Position numbers and translations under genes: made by a program
The notes under the pieces: model-generated
Told to the model about the DNA's origin: nothing
What the model saw: the letters and a program-made list of their open reading frames with translations, nothing else
Database searches by the model: none
Shown: in pieces, positions 11,489-25,373 of the stretch
Layout: each line of letters begins with the position of its first letter
How positions within the stretch are numbered: the first letter of the stretch is position 1
Assembly (NCBI RefSeq): GCF_000400465.1
Contig: NW_008806284.1
Span: forward strand, 120,001-182,000
Length of the DNA stretch: 62,000 nt
Direction of reading: 5' to 3'
Source: Wallemia ichthyophaga EXF-994
Lineage: Eukaryota > Fungi > Basidiomycota

Positions 11489-11696
11489 TTCCTTCAGTTT
11501 TTGGTGGTATTTGGTTGAGATGCATAGCCGCGTCATCAACGGATAAAAAGTTTGAAAAGATAATTACAATATTTAGTATACTTAATTTAAGTTTAATAAC
11601 TCATTGATATTTACATTTATTCTTTGATCCATCTCCCATCTCTAATCCACCTCTTGAACAACCACCACAACCACCAATTCCCTTGATTTATAAAAT

Positions 11697-14600
11697 ATGG
11701 CCGAGCGCCCCATCCAAGTGAGATTTATAATTTATATCTTATAATCCTGTCTTACGCGTTTAAGTTCTCTGAACATTTACAACTCACTGCTCTGGGTATC
11801 AACCCCGCCAGCATCAGCTTCCAGACACTAACCATGTCCTCTGACAAGTTCATCTGTGTCCGTGAAGGCGATGGTGGGGCAACTCCAAAGCAAGTCGTTA
11901 TCGTCGATCTCAACGACATCAACAACGTTATCAGAAGGCCTATATCTGCTGATTCTGCTATTATGCATCCAGATAGAAAACTCATCGCGTTAAAAGCAGG
12001 TAAACAGCTACAGCTTTTCAACCTTGAGCTTAAGCAGAAAGTCAAATCTCACCTCTCAAACGATGACGTCGTCTACTGGTCCTGGTTGAATCAATCCACT
12101 CTGGGTCTTGTCACTGATTCATCCGTTTTTCACTGGGATATCGATGCTATCGGTGAAAATGCCCCTGTCAAAGTTTTTGATCGTCATCCAAATCTCGCCG
12201 GTTCCCAAATTATCAACTATAGATCCACTGAAGATGGTAAATGGATGGCCCTCATTGGTATTGCCAGCAACTCCAACCCAGACGGCTTTCGCATCAAGGG
12301 CGCAATGCAGCTTTACTCACGTGATAGAGGCGTTTCTCAACCAATAGAAGGTCACGCTGCTGCCTTCTCTGAACTAAAACTCGATGGAAACGCAAACCCT
12401 TCGAAGCTCTTCGCTTTCGCTGTCCGTACTGGCTCAGGCGCCAAACTTCACATTGTCGAAATTGACTACCAAAGTGGTCAAACGCCATACACAAAGAAAG
12501 CTATCGATGTCTTTTTCCCCGCCGAAGCTGCAACGGATTTCCCCGTCGCAATGCAAATATCCAAGAAATACGGCATCATCTATTTGATTACAAAGTTTGG
12601 CTTTGTTCATCTCTATGATATCGAAAACGGTGCTTGCATCTACATGAATAGAATTTCTGGTGATACCGTCTTTGTCACTGCTGAACACGAAGCCACAGAT
12701 GGTTTGATTGGTGTAAATAGAAAGGGCCAAGTTTTATCCGTTTCAATTGACGAGAATACCGTAATTCCTTACATTCTTAGCACTCTCAATAACGTTGAGT
12801 TAGCATTCAAGCTCGCAAGTCGTGGAAACCTTCCAGGTGCTGATGACTTGTATTTGGCTCAATACCAGAATCTCATGGCTAACCAACAATACAATGATGC
12901 TGCCAAGATCGCTGCTAACTCTCCACGTGGCATTCTTCGTACCCCAACCACCATTGAACAATTCAAGTCTCTTCCAGCTGTACCAGGTCAATTATCGCCT
13001 ATACTTCAATACTTTGGTATCCTTTTGGAAAAGGGCGAGCTCAACAAGTTTGAATCACTTGAGCTTTCTCGTCCTGTTCTTCAGCAAGGTCGCAAGCAAC
13101 TCCTCGAAAAGTGGTTGAAAGAGAATAAATTGGAGTGTTCTGAGGAGCTTGGTGATATTGTCCGCTTGCACGACATGACTCTTGCTCTGTCAATTTACTT
13201 ACGCGCAAACATTCCGAACAAAGTTGTTGCAAGCTTTGCAGAGACTGGTCAATTCAACAAAATTCTCGTCTACTCTCAAAAAGTCAACTACACGCCAGAT
13301 TACGCTTTGTTGATGCAGCACATTGTCCGCGTCAACCCAGACCAAGCTGCCGAATTTGCCAGTCAAATTGTCAACGATGAGGCTGGTCCAAAAATTGACA
13401 TTGAGAGGGTGGTTGATGTTTTCCTTGGTCAAAATCTCATCCAGCAAGCTACTTCCTTCTTACTGGATGCTCTTAAGGAAAACAAGCCAGAGCAGGGTCA
13501 CTTACAGACTCGCTTGTTAGAGATTAATCTCATCAACGCTCCTCAAGTAGCCGATGCTATTCTTGGAAATGCCATGTTTACTCACTTTGATCACCCACGC
13601 ATCGCAAACTTGTGTGAAAAAGCTGGTTTACTTCAACGTGCATTGGAGTTATACCAAGATACCAATGACCTCAAGCGTGTTGTCGTACATACTCCATTGC
13701 TCAATCAAGAATGGCTCGTAAATTACTTCGGTCAATTGACCGTTGATCAGACCTTTGCTTGTTTGAATGAAATGCTAAAGGTGAACATCAGACAAACGCT
13801 TCCAATGGTTGTTCAAATTGCTACAAAGTACAGCGAACTGCTTGGATCTCACAAGCTCATCGAGTTGTTTGAAAATTTCAAGACATTTGAAGGTCTTTAC
13901 TACTTCCTCGGATCAGTTGTTAACTTAAGTGAAGACTCTGAAGTTCACTTCAAGTATATTCAAGCTGCTACTCGTACCGGTCAAATTCGTGAAGTTGAGA
14001 GAATTGTTCGTGAATCCAACTTTTACAATCCAGAAAAAGTCAAAAACTTCCTGAAAGAAGTTAAGCTTCCTGATCAGCTTCCTCTTATCATCGTTTGTGA
14101 CAGATATGACTACGTCCACGATCTCGTTCTCTATCTCTTCCAAAACGGACTCACACAGTTCATTTCTACATATGTACAGCAAGTCAACTCAGCTCGTTTA
14201 CCTCAAGTTGTAGGTGGATTGTTAGATGTTGATTGTGATGAGCAAACCATCAAAAACTTGCTCTCATCTGTCTATGGGTTGTTCGATGTCAACGAGCTCG
14301 TTGATGAAGTTGAAAAGCGTAACCGCCTTAAATTGATCCTTCCTTGGCTTGAAGGACGCATCAACGCTGGTCAGGAAGATGCTGCTATTTACAATGCTTT
14401 GGCCAAGATCTACATTGACAGCAACAACAATCCAGAGCATTTCTTGAAAGAGAACAACATTTATGAACCACTCGTTGTTGGCAAATATTGTGAGAAGCGT
14501 GATCCATACCTCGCTTTCATTGCCTTCGCTAAGGGATTCTGCGATGACGAGTTGATTGCTATCACTAATGAAAATGGCATGTACAAGCACCAAGCACGCT

Positions 14601-17030
14601 ATCTCGTCAAGCGTCGTGATCTCGATCTTTGGGCTCAAGTTCTGAACGATGTCAACGAACACCGTCGTTTACTCATCGACCAAATATCGGCAGTTGCTAT
14701 TCCAGAATCGCAAAACCCAGATGATGTTTCTGTTGCAGTGAAGGCATTTATGACCGCTGGTCTGCAGCAAGAGCTCGTTGATATTCTCGAAAAAATCATT
14801 CTCAACCCAACTTCATTCAGCGACAACGGTAGCTTGCAGAACTTGCTCTTGTTAACTGCAATCAGAAGTGATCAAGGTAGAGTGATGAACTACATCAACA
14901 AGCTTCACAACTACGACTTTAACGAGATTGCCAAGATTGCGATTGACAATGACTTGCACGAAGAGGCTTTCACAGTATACAAGAAGCACGAAGCTCATCT
15001 CGAAGCACTTATCGTTCTCGTAGAGCATATCGTCTCTATCGACCGTGCCTTTGACTACACGAAAAAGATTAACGAGCCACCTCTCTGGGCTCGTCTTGCC
15101 AAAGCTCAACTCGACGGTTTAAGAATTACAGATGCGATTGAGTCTTACATCAAGGCGAACGATCCATCCAACTTTGTGGAAGTTATTGAGATGTCAGAGC
15201 GTGCTGAGAAGCATGAGGACTTGGTCAGATATTTACAAATGGCACGTAACACAGCTCGCGAGCCAAAGATTGACTCTACTCTTGTCTACTGTCTTTGCAA
15301 GACGGACAGACTTCAAGACGCCGAAGACTTCCTCCACATGACCAATGTTGCTGACGTACTTGAAGTCGGTGAGAAGTGTTTCAACGACGGTCTTTACTTG
15401 GCAGCCAAGGTTCTCTTCACCTCTATCTCCAATTACGCTAGATTGGCGACGACACTCATTTACCTCGAAGACAACCAAGCTGCAGTTGAGTGCGCTCGTA
15501 AGGCGGGCAATACACAAGTGTGGAAGCAGGTCTGTCTTGCTTGTGTTGATAAGGAAGACTTCAAATTGGCTAAGATTTGTGGTCTTAATTTGATTGTTCA
15601 CCCAGAAGAGCTCCAAGCTATCATTTCACTTTACGAGTCTCGCGGGTTATTCCAAGAAATGCTCGATCTCTTTGAGGCTGGTCTTGGTCTCGAGCGTGCC
15701 CACATGGGTCTCTTCACCGAGACTGCCATTGCATACGCTAAATATCAACCAGAGAGCATGTTTGAGCATCTGAAGTGGGTGCTATTTTCACTCTCGCGCT
15801 CAACTGACAATTATTGCAGGCTTTACGGCTCTCGTCTCAATATTCCTAAGGTCATCAAGTCCGCTAAAGAAGGACACCTCTGGTGGGTAATAAGTTACTA
15901 TTTAATGATATAACTAATTAGCAAACAGGAGAGAGCTTGTTTATCTTTACATTGCGTACGCTGAGTGGGATAACGCTGCACTCAACACTATCGAGCACAG
16001 CGCTGATGCATGGGACCACCAACAGTTCCGTGATGTACTCAGCAAGGTTGCAAATGCTGAGATATTCTACAAAGCACTTTCATTTTATCAGGAGCAGCAC
16101 CCAACGCTTCTGACAGACCTTTTAACAGCTCTCATTTCACGTATCGATCACTCGAGAGTAGTGTCAATGTTTAGACAATCAGACAACTTGCCATTGGTAC
16201 GAGCATACTTGATTGCAGTGCAGAACTTGGATGTTGCAGCTGTTAATGAGGCTGTTCATGATTTGTTGATTGAAGAGGAAGACTACCAGACGCTATTGGA
16301 TGTTATTGATCAATACCAAAGCTTCGATCAGCTTGGTTTAGCTGCAAGATTGGAACAGCATGAGCTGTTAGCTTTTAGAAGAATAGCAGCACATCTTTAC
16401 AAAGTCAACAAAAAGTACGAAGAATCTATCAACCTCTCTAAGAGCGATAAGCTTTACGTCGATGCTATACAGACCGCATCTACAAGTGAAGATGTTCAGG
16501 TATCAGAAGATTTATTGACTTATTGGGTTGATATTGGCAACAAAGAACTCTTCACCGCTCACTTATACCTTTGCTTTAAGCTGGTGAGACCGGATATCGT
16601 CGAGGAGTTGGCGTGGTTCAATGGACTCGAAGACTTTGCTAAACCATATCAATTTGAGTTGAGGAGACAGACTCAAGATCGTATCAAAGCACTTGAGAAA
16701 AAGGTCCAAGAGCAGGCTACTAAGTCTGCCAAGAAGGAGGAAGATGAAGATTCACAGCCAATTATGGGACCAGGATTTAATGTGAGTTTGCGTGACTGCT
16801 ACGGTGGATTCTCTGACAAAACGCATTAGCAAACGCTCATGATTGGTGGTCCATCAGGATGGAATGGTGCTAACGGGGTGACTCCTCAACAAACAGGTCT
16901 GATGCCTCAAGGTACTGGCATGATGCCACAGGGCACCGGTATGATGCCTCAAGCGACTGGATATCAAGGAGGTGTAAGTGGTGATAGTGTTGTGTGTCTT
17001 AGCTGACGGTGATCATAGTTTGGATACTAA
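11697..17030 (+). CDS. CHC1: Clathrin heavy chain
   Basis: Starts MAERPIQ|FSEHLQL. Motifs [49 protein letters not shown] and CHCR repeats. Multi-exon, ending FGY* at 17030. Confidence 0.97.
16881..16961 (+). repeat. Four 21-bp coding repeats (xxPQxTG) in the clathrin C-terminal tail
   Basis: Translates [28 protein letters not shown]. Confidence 0.8.
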
Positions 17031-17318
17031 AATGACTACAAAAGCTGATTTTTACTGAACTACTAAACAATATGTAAAATACATAACATCATTTCTGTTT
17101 CATCCGTGTGTCCGTCTCGTGAATGAAATGAAAATCGCAGGCCTGTGCGCCAAAAAAGGGTTGTGCAGCTGCAGGGCAAGAAAGAGAGGGCAGTATTCGA
17201 TAACTAGCTGCATCAATCAAACACCTTTCTCATTGTAACTTCTTGTGTATTATTCCACCCGCGTTACTCCGATTGAGCTGTGAACTGACTTTCTTCGTAA
17301 CCACCATCACCATCACTT

Positions 17319-20300
17319 ATGAGTGAATACAGTTTAGGCGTCCGCGTGTGAGGTGTACAGCAGCAGCACAGTTCTTTCTAACGGCGAGCAGGTGGATCGC
17401 AGACAAAGCAGAGGGATGGATTGGTGCTGAAGTCACTGCCCGCACTGAGGACGCGCTTACCTTTGTGGATGAAAGGGGCAACGTAAGATTCATATGTTGT
17501 ATCTCTCTAGCCGCCCCTAACTACCGGTCCCCAGGAAATCACAAAGAAAACGTCAGACAAGGACCTTCCTTTGTTACGAAACCCCGTTTTACTTGAAGGT
17601 ACAGACGATCTTGTCAATTTGTCATATCTGAATGAGGTGAGCTGTCTTTACTGGATGTTTTCAATCTCGCTCACCCCTCTGACAGCCAGCTGTCCTCTAT
17701 TCTATTAAGCGTCGCTACGCTCAACACTCCATTTATACCTACTCTGGAATCGTCCTTATAGCCGTGAATCCTTTCGCAAAGTTATCCGTTTATGGCCCTG
17801 CTATTATGCAGGCTTACTCTACGCGCAGGCGCGGTGAGCTGGAACCTCATATTTACGCTATAGCCCAAGATGCTCATGCATCCATGACAAGAGACAATAA
17901 AAATCAAACTATGGTTGTCTCTGGTGAATCTGGCGCTGGTAAAACCGTATCCGCTAGGCATATAATGCAATACCTCGCCTTCTTAGGCCAAGACGGTCCA
18001 GGCGGTGCTTCAAGTGGCACTGATGCTAGTATTCTCGCTACCAATCCTGTCATGGAAGCTTTCGGTAACGCCAAAACCATCCGTAATAACAACTCAAGTA
18101 GATTCGGTAGATACCTCAAAATCCTTTTCGATAATCAATGTAACATTATCGGAGCTCAAACTAGCATATACCTTCTCGAGAGGTCTCGATTAATATTTCA
18201 GCCTGAAGGTGAAAGAAATTATCACATCTTCCATCAGCTCTGCGCAGGTGTGCCACCTAAAGAGAGAGCTGAGCTACGTTTGGGTGCAAGCAGTGATTTC
18301 CATTACCTTAATCAAGGCGGTTCTGCTTTAATCCCAGGCGTGGATGACGCCGCTGAATTTGAAATAACACAAAAAGCCCTGTCTACTCTTGGTATTGGCG
18401 TTGAGAAGCAGTGGAATATCTTCAAACTTCTCGCTGCTCTCCTTCACCTCGGCAACGTCAAGATTGGCCAGACAAGAACAGATGCAACTCTTAGCGAAGA
18501 AGATGAAGCATTCCAAATCGCAACTGAATTCTTGGGTATTAGTCTTTCTGACTTTAAGAAGTGGACTGTTAAAAAACAGATTATTACACGTGGAGAGTCT
18601 ATTGTTAGTTCACTCAATGCCGCTCAAGCGAGCGTTGTCAGAGATTCTGTTGCTAAATATATCTACGCCTGTCTCTTTGATTGGCTGGTTGCTGTCCTCA
18701 ATGAAGCTTTGTACAAGAAAGAAGACTCTTCTAGGTTTAACAGCTTCATCGGTGTCTTGGATATTTATGGTTTCGAGCATTTCAAGCGCAACTCTTTCGA
18801 ACAGTTTTGCATCAATTATGCTAATGAGAAGTTGCAACAAGAGGTGGGTATTAGTAATTTTGCATGATGTTTTGCTAATTTGGCATTAGTTCAACGCGCA
18901 TGTCTTCAAACTTGAGCAAGATGAGTATATCAAGGAGGAGATACATTGGGAATTCATATCATTTTCTGATAATAGACCAACCATCGACATGATTGAAGGA
19001 AAACTTGGGATTCTTTCACTCTTAGATGAGGAGTCTAGGATGCCATCTGGAACCGATCAAAACTTCCTCGAGAAACTCCACACACAACTCACCAAACCAG
19101 AATACAAAGACATTTACAAGAAGCCAAGATTTGGTAATACTGCATTCACTGTTGCGCACTATGCCCACGATGTTGCCTACGAAGCTGAAGGTTTCCTTGA
19201 GAAAAACCGGGACACTGTACCAGACGAGCACCTTCAACTTCTTGGTAGTTCATCAAATGAGTTCCTTCGCGAGGTCATCGAGATTGCTGTTGCATCAAAC
19301 GCAGCGGCTACTCCACCTACATCTACCGCGGCTAACAACGTAGCAGTTGGCCGCCGACAAAACCTCAAGAAGCCAACACTTGGATCTATCTTCAAGAGCT
19401 CTTTGATCTCGCTGATGGAAACTATCAACGACACCAATGCACATTACATCCGCTGTATAAAGCCAAACGAGCACAAAAAAGCCTGGGATATAGATTCACA
19501 GCAAGTCTTGTCTCAACTTCGTGCGTGTGGTGTTCTCGAGACAATCAAGATATCGAGTGCAGGTTATCCGACAAGATGGTCGTATGCAGAGTTTACTGAT
19601 CGTTACTACCCACTTGTTAGCTCAGATCACTGGATGGGTGATATGAAAGGTCTATGCCTTCAAATTCTGCAAGATAACATTAAGGATGAAGACAAATACC
19701 AAATTGGTCTTTCTAAGATATTCTTCAGAGCTGGAATGTTGGCCTATCTGGAGAAGTTACGTGCTGATCGTCTCAATGCTCTTGTCACTCTGATACAGAA
19801 GAATATCCTGAGATTTTTACATGTCAAATATTACAAAAAGATTCGTAACGCCACGCTTACTATCCAAACCTGGTGGAGAAGAGCTCTGGCTATTAGATAC
19901 GTCGAGAAGCTTCGTCGTGATACCATCATCTTTAGATTACAAAGCGCTGGTCGTAGGAAGTTGGCTGTGGGCAAGTTCCAAGCAGCTCGCAAGATAGTTA
20001 TTCTTAGTCAAGCTCGTAAGTGATTAACCATGCGAACAAAAGACTTTCTGACCATTTAACTAGACATTCGTGGTATGCAAGCAAGAGTTGGATTTGTAGA
20101 CTTCAAGTACAGATCATCTGCACTCACATTGCAGCGCGTTGCACGTGGAGTGTGAGTGGAGCTTATTTGTTTTCTTTTTACATTCCCAGCTAATTATATA
20201 ACAGTATCGTACGTCGTGAACATGATAAGTCGCTTCGGGGTATAATTCACTTGCAAGCTTGCTACAGACGTATACTTGCTCGTAAAGAGTTCAAGCAGCT

Positions 20301-22365
20301 CAAGAGCGAAGCACGCTCTGTTGCACACATCCAAGAAGTCTCCTACAAACTTGAAAACAAGGTCGTCGAACTCACTCAAAATCTTCAAAAGACTCGTGAG
20401 GAGAAAAAGGATCTCACACGCCGTTGCAATCAACTTGAGAAGCAACTTGGAAATATGCAAAATCGTCACGAGGACAGCGATCAGCGTTTGAAGGAGATGA
20501 TGAATGAGTTGGCTAAGCCTACTGTGGGATTATCTGACTTCAATGAACTTGAATTATTTAAGCGTGATCTTCAAACTCAAGTTTCGACACTCAAAATCGA
20601 TGTCCAGGAACGTGATAAACAAATTAGACAACATAAGGACGAGTTGACCCATCAAGCACAAGAGATCGACAGTAAGAGTGCACAAGCAGCAGAATCTGCT
20701 GCTCGTGCAGCTGACGAAACAATCGTAAATCAACTTAAGACTGAGATTGTTAGTCTTAAGGACCAGCTTCATCGTGCAAACACTCTTAATGCACTAGAGC
20801 ATGGAAGTGCGAAATCGAAACAGATCACCGCACCAACGTTCTCAATGCATCTCGGCAAATCTAATGAGAACGTTGCTGCACTTGTGAATGGTGCCAACAG
20901 TCCTACAGTCGAGGGTAATCCTTCTGATGCACTCGAAGCTCTTGGTTTACCTCCAAACAAACGTCGTCAACGTAGACACTCAGCTAATGGCGCTTTCTTG
21001 GAGCAGAACGGAGAAGGACGGGATTCATCAGATGAAGCACTTTCTGCTGGTAAACGCAATGAGGCCACCCCACGTGCTGTGTCGGTTGCATACCCGTCAG
21101 CTGAGACTGCTAACAAGCTGAAGGGTTTGAACGGACGTGCATATTTCCCAGAAGTGCTTGACGATCCATCTGAAGAGATGATCAAGTTGTTGGAGGATGA
21201 GCAGAGTATTGATGAAGACATATTGGTCACAATGATTCATGAACTCAAAGTACCCCTCCCAAGCTTGCAGAACCCACCTTCTGCCAAGGAAGTACTTTTC
21301 CCAGCCCACATAATGTCACTTGTCACCAACGAAATGTGGAAGTACTGTCTTATCATGGAGAGCGAGAGACTATTGGCAAACGTTATGCAAACAATCCAGC
21401 AGCATGTCATGAGCTTCCAAGGGGAGGATGCGATCGTACCAGGATTATTCTGGTTGTCTAACGTACACGAGGTATGGTCATTCGTGTGCGTGACTGAGGA
21501 TGATATGCTCCAGGGCATTGTTCCAGGTGGCGATGACCCAGACCGTCCGCTTGACTGGCCAGCTTATGAGCAACTCATCACTGTCGTCAAGCACGATCTC
21601 GAGAGTTTGGAGTACAACATTTACTTTGCATTTATGGAAGAAACCAAGAAAAAGTTGCGCAAGATGATTGTACCTGCGCTCATTGAATCACAATCACTAC
21701 CAGGCTTTATCACCTCCGACACTGGTGGTAGACTGTTCAACAGACTGCTGCAAGGCAACTCACACCCAGCCTTCAGCATGGATGACATACTAAACTTGCT
21801 CAACAAGGTATGGAAGTGTCTTAAATCATACCGCCTTGACGAGCCGGTCGTCCTGCAAGTAATGACTGAATTATTACGACTTATTGGAAACGTTGGCTTT
21901 AATGACCTGTTGATGAGACGCAATTTCAATTCATGGAAGCGTGCAATGCAAATTCAATACAACTTGACGAGGCTGGAGGAATGGTGCAAGAGTCACGATC
22001 TTCCAGAAGGCTGCTTGCACCTGGAGTACATGATGCAAGCCACCAAGCTTCTTCAACTGAAGAAAGCAACTACCCAAGACATGGAGATCATTTTCGACGT
22101 CTGTTGGATTCTGTCACCATCTCAGCTCCACAAGCTTATCACTGGCTACATGATCGCTGATTACGAAAGCCCACTGTCGCCGCACGTCCTGCAGACCGTC
22201 AGCGCTAGACTGTCCAGTGACAGAAATGATCATCTTTTACTTGCAGAAGAGGAAGGTTCGAACTTTGAGCTACCGCAGCCACGTCAAGTCATAGGATTAG
22301 ATCTTTACATTCCTGGAACGGTGAGCGTTCCTCACCTGCGCCGTATCGCCGGCTTGGCTGCTTAG
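17319..22365 (+). CDS. MYO2: Class V myosin (motor, six IQ motifs, coiled coil, DIL cargo domain)
   Basis: P-loop GESGAGKT, EAFGNAKT, switch I NNNSSRFG, DIYGFE, FCINYANEKLQQ, IQ repeats (IQKNILR, IQTWWRR, LQACYRR) and DIL QIQYNLTRLEEWCKSH. Multiple short introns. Confidence 0.95.
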
Positions 22366-22674
22366 AGATGTGGACAGTTTTTCACTTTGATTTCAATCTC
22401 ACTCCGTAACGATATGTGCATGTGCAAGAGGATTTGTGTTTAAAATACTATGAATTCAAATAATTTTCTGATTTATTTCGTTTTTGTGAGGAGTGTCGGT
22501 GTGCGAATGTTGAGGCTGAAGAAGATTTTCAAGTCGCAGCACTTCGGATCATATCAAGTAGATTTCCTTATTAGTGATTGAAACTTTAGTTGAGGAAGTG
22601 CACCCCACCCTCTAAAATATTTATGTCTTAATAAAGTCATCATAATAACATCAAAATTACAAAATACAATATCT

Positions 22675-25359
22675 TTATTCACCCTTAACGAGTTGAGGCA
22701 GCTTACCCAAATCCTCATGATCAGCTCCAGTTTCATTGGCATACTTCTCCATATTCCTACCCTCATGCAGCCAATTCGTGCCGTAGAGGTGAGCGACAGT
22801 GGATGCGTGTGACTGTGGCGAGTAGTGCGCGACTTCTTTAATAGCCCTATCCGCAACTTGGAATCTGGATACCTTGTTCCAGTGAAGCATCAACCAAGGT
22901 GTAGTTGTGGTGCCGTTCTCCTTGTAAGAATCAATTGAGAATCGTCCCCTGTTAAGTGAGTGTTCTCTCTGGAACAGAAGAGAGGAAACTTGTAAAGCAT
23001 AACCGTGGTAACTGATCAACACTGGCTTTTCTTTGGTAAAGAGACTGTTGAATGAGTTTTCATCTAATGCGTGTGGATGATCTTGCTTGTTTCCAGCCAA
23101 AATCATAAGGTCGTAAATGTTCACCACCCTTACTCTCACTCCAGAGTTTCTCAAAAGCACACTCGCAGCTAACACTTCGAATGTAACCTCTGTACCGATA
23201 CCGACGAGTACGACTTCTGGATCAACACCTTGGTCTGTTGAGTACTCCTTCCAAACACTAGCACCGGCAATACAATGCTTTTCGGCTTGGTCTGCGGACA
23301 TCAATACAGGTCCGGGTTGCTTGCTGCCGACAATCTGCACGACTCGTTAGTTAGTTGATCGCAACAATCTTCCGTACGCACCAAGTTGAGGTAATTTTTT
23401 GACCTCAAGCAGTGAGCGATGCATGAAAGCGTAGTATTGACGTCTATTGGGAAGTAGATTCTCGAAAGGTGCGCAGGGAAAGTCTGGAAGGTGGATATTA
23501 ATCCAGGCGCTTGGTGTGAGTAACCGTTGTGTTCTTGTCTCCATAAGGTACTCGTCGCAATGTAGTTAAGCGAGCTGACATCACCTCTGAACTGTACCTC
23601 TTTGCACGACTTGATAAATTTGGAATACTGAGTCATCATCGTGGCTGCAATGCCTAGGAAGGCTTCATACGAAGGGAATAAACCTGTGCGGCCTGTGAGA
23701 GTGTATCCTTGCAAGAAGCCTTGAAGTGTGTGTTCTGAGAGCATCTCAATTACTCTGCCTCCCTTGTGTGCACTTTCAGGGTCCCATTGGAAGTCACGGC
23801 TAGTGACGTCGAAAACTTTGTGCAGCTTGTTCGACTCCAGCTCATCAGGACTGAACATTCTAAATGTTTCTGGATTTTGCTTCATGACATCGGCAAGGAA
23901 CTCGCCTGTAGCAATCATTGGCGAGTATGTTTCACCTTGACTCTTAGTGTGATTCTTCCATTGAGGAACATTGAGCGATTGATGTGCGTCGTAAGTTTCT
24001 TTCACTTGGCCAAGTCTGAGTGACTCTTTTGCTGGGACAATCGAGAGAGCTTCTTTATCGACAAACTCACCATCCTCCTTCTCAAGGTTGAAAATTTCAT
24101 CCGGCTGGTACGACTTCAACCACTTACCAAGAACTGAGAATTCCTCATCATCTGATTTACACTTAGGAAGTGGAACTTGGTGGGAGTGGAAAGAGCCTTC
24201 GAGAGGTGTGTTGTGGATTTGGCGTGGACCGGTGTAACCCTTTGGAGTTCTCAACACAATGAATGGGAAGCGAGGTTTTTCGATTGGGTTTCCAGATCTA
24301 GCAGCGTGCTGAATTTTGCGGATCTCACCATAAGCCCATTCCATAGAAACAGCAAGATCGGCATTAACTCTGCGGTCTTTCTCCGTATGCTCCTCAAATG
24401 AGCTAGCGAGCGGTCCGTACTCAACGAAACGGACCTGGTAGCCATATCCACTGTACAGTGCGACAAGCTCAAGATCGTCAGCCGCACCTGGAATGGTACG
24501 TTCGCTAATTTTGTAACCGTTTACATGAAGAATAGGCAACACTGCACCTGATTCTGCCGGATCGATGAATTTGTGTGAGTGCAAACTAGCAGCCGTAGGC
24601 CCTGTTTCAGATTCACCATCACCGATGACGCAAACTGCGATCATATCCGGCTTATCCATGATAGCGCCGAAAGAAACAGCAAGAGCATAGCCTAGCTCAC
24701 CACCCTCGTGAATACTGCCTGGGACTTGTGCGGAAACGTGCGATGGGAAGGTACCGCCTGGGAAAGAGAAGCAGCGTGCGAAAGCTTCGAAGCCATCCTT
24801 GTTCATGGTGTACTGAGGATAGAATTTAGTGATGGAGCCTTCCAAGAATAAGCTGGCGAGAATTGCAGGTGCACCGTGACCAGGGCCAGTGACGAAGATG
24901 GATTTGAGATCGGTGCCTTCTTTCTCGCGGCGCTTGATAAGCGCGTTGGTGTGGGCGTAAACGAGGTTTAGGCCCGGGCAGGTACCAAAGTGACCAAGCA
25001 AGCGTGGCTTGATATCGTCCTTGCTAAGCTGGCGGCTGAGTAAGGTGTTGCTTTTTAAGAAAATCATGGAAACAGCGATGAAGTTGGCGCTGTGGGTAGT
25101 GTAAGCGTGAATTTAGCAGTGAATATGGAACTCACGCTCTCTGGAAAGCTATCAAGCCATTCAGATTCCAATCAGCCTCGTTCTTGAGTACTGAATCTAC
25201 ATTCAAATCAACAGCGAGCTTGCTAAGGTCCTTAGGTAGCTGCGATGGGCGAGGCTCTTCACCTCTGTTTTGGGCGTCGATGATATTATGTGTCATGAAT
25301 GTTTGGTGCAAGGAGCGATTGGTTGTATCCACACGGGGTGTAATCATTGATGACATCAT
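22675..25359 (-). CDS. XFP: Xylulose-5-phosphate/fructose-6-phosphate phosphoketolase (TPP-dependent)
   Basis: GHFGTCPGLN, GPGHG, GSIHEGGELGY, TPP motif GDGESETGP, RVIEMLSEH, FPSYEAF, WRQEHNGYSHQ and SYKENGTTTTP. Three exons, with introns at about 25091-25137 and about 23341-23388. Confidence 0.96.
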
Positions 25360-25373
25360 ACAAATAAACAAAT

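Noticed and set aside
17764-18140. Myosin switch-I region FGRY instead of the usual FGKY
   Set aside because: Conservative substitution; all other motor motifs are intact.
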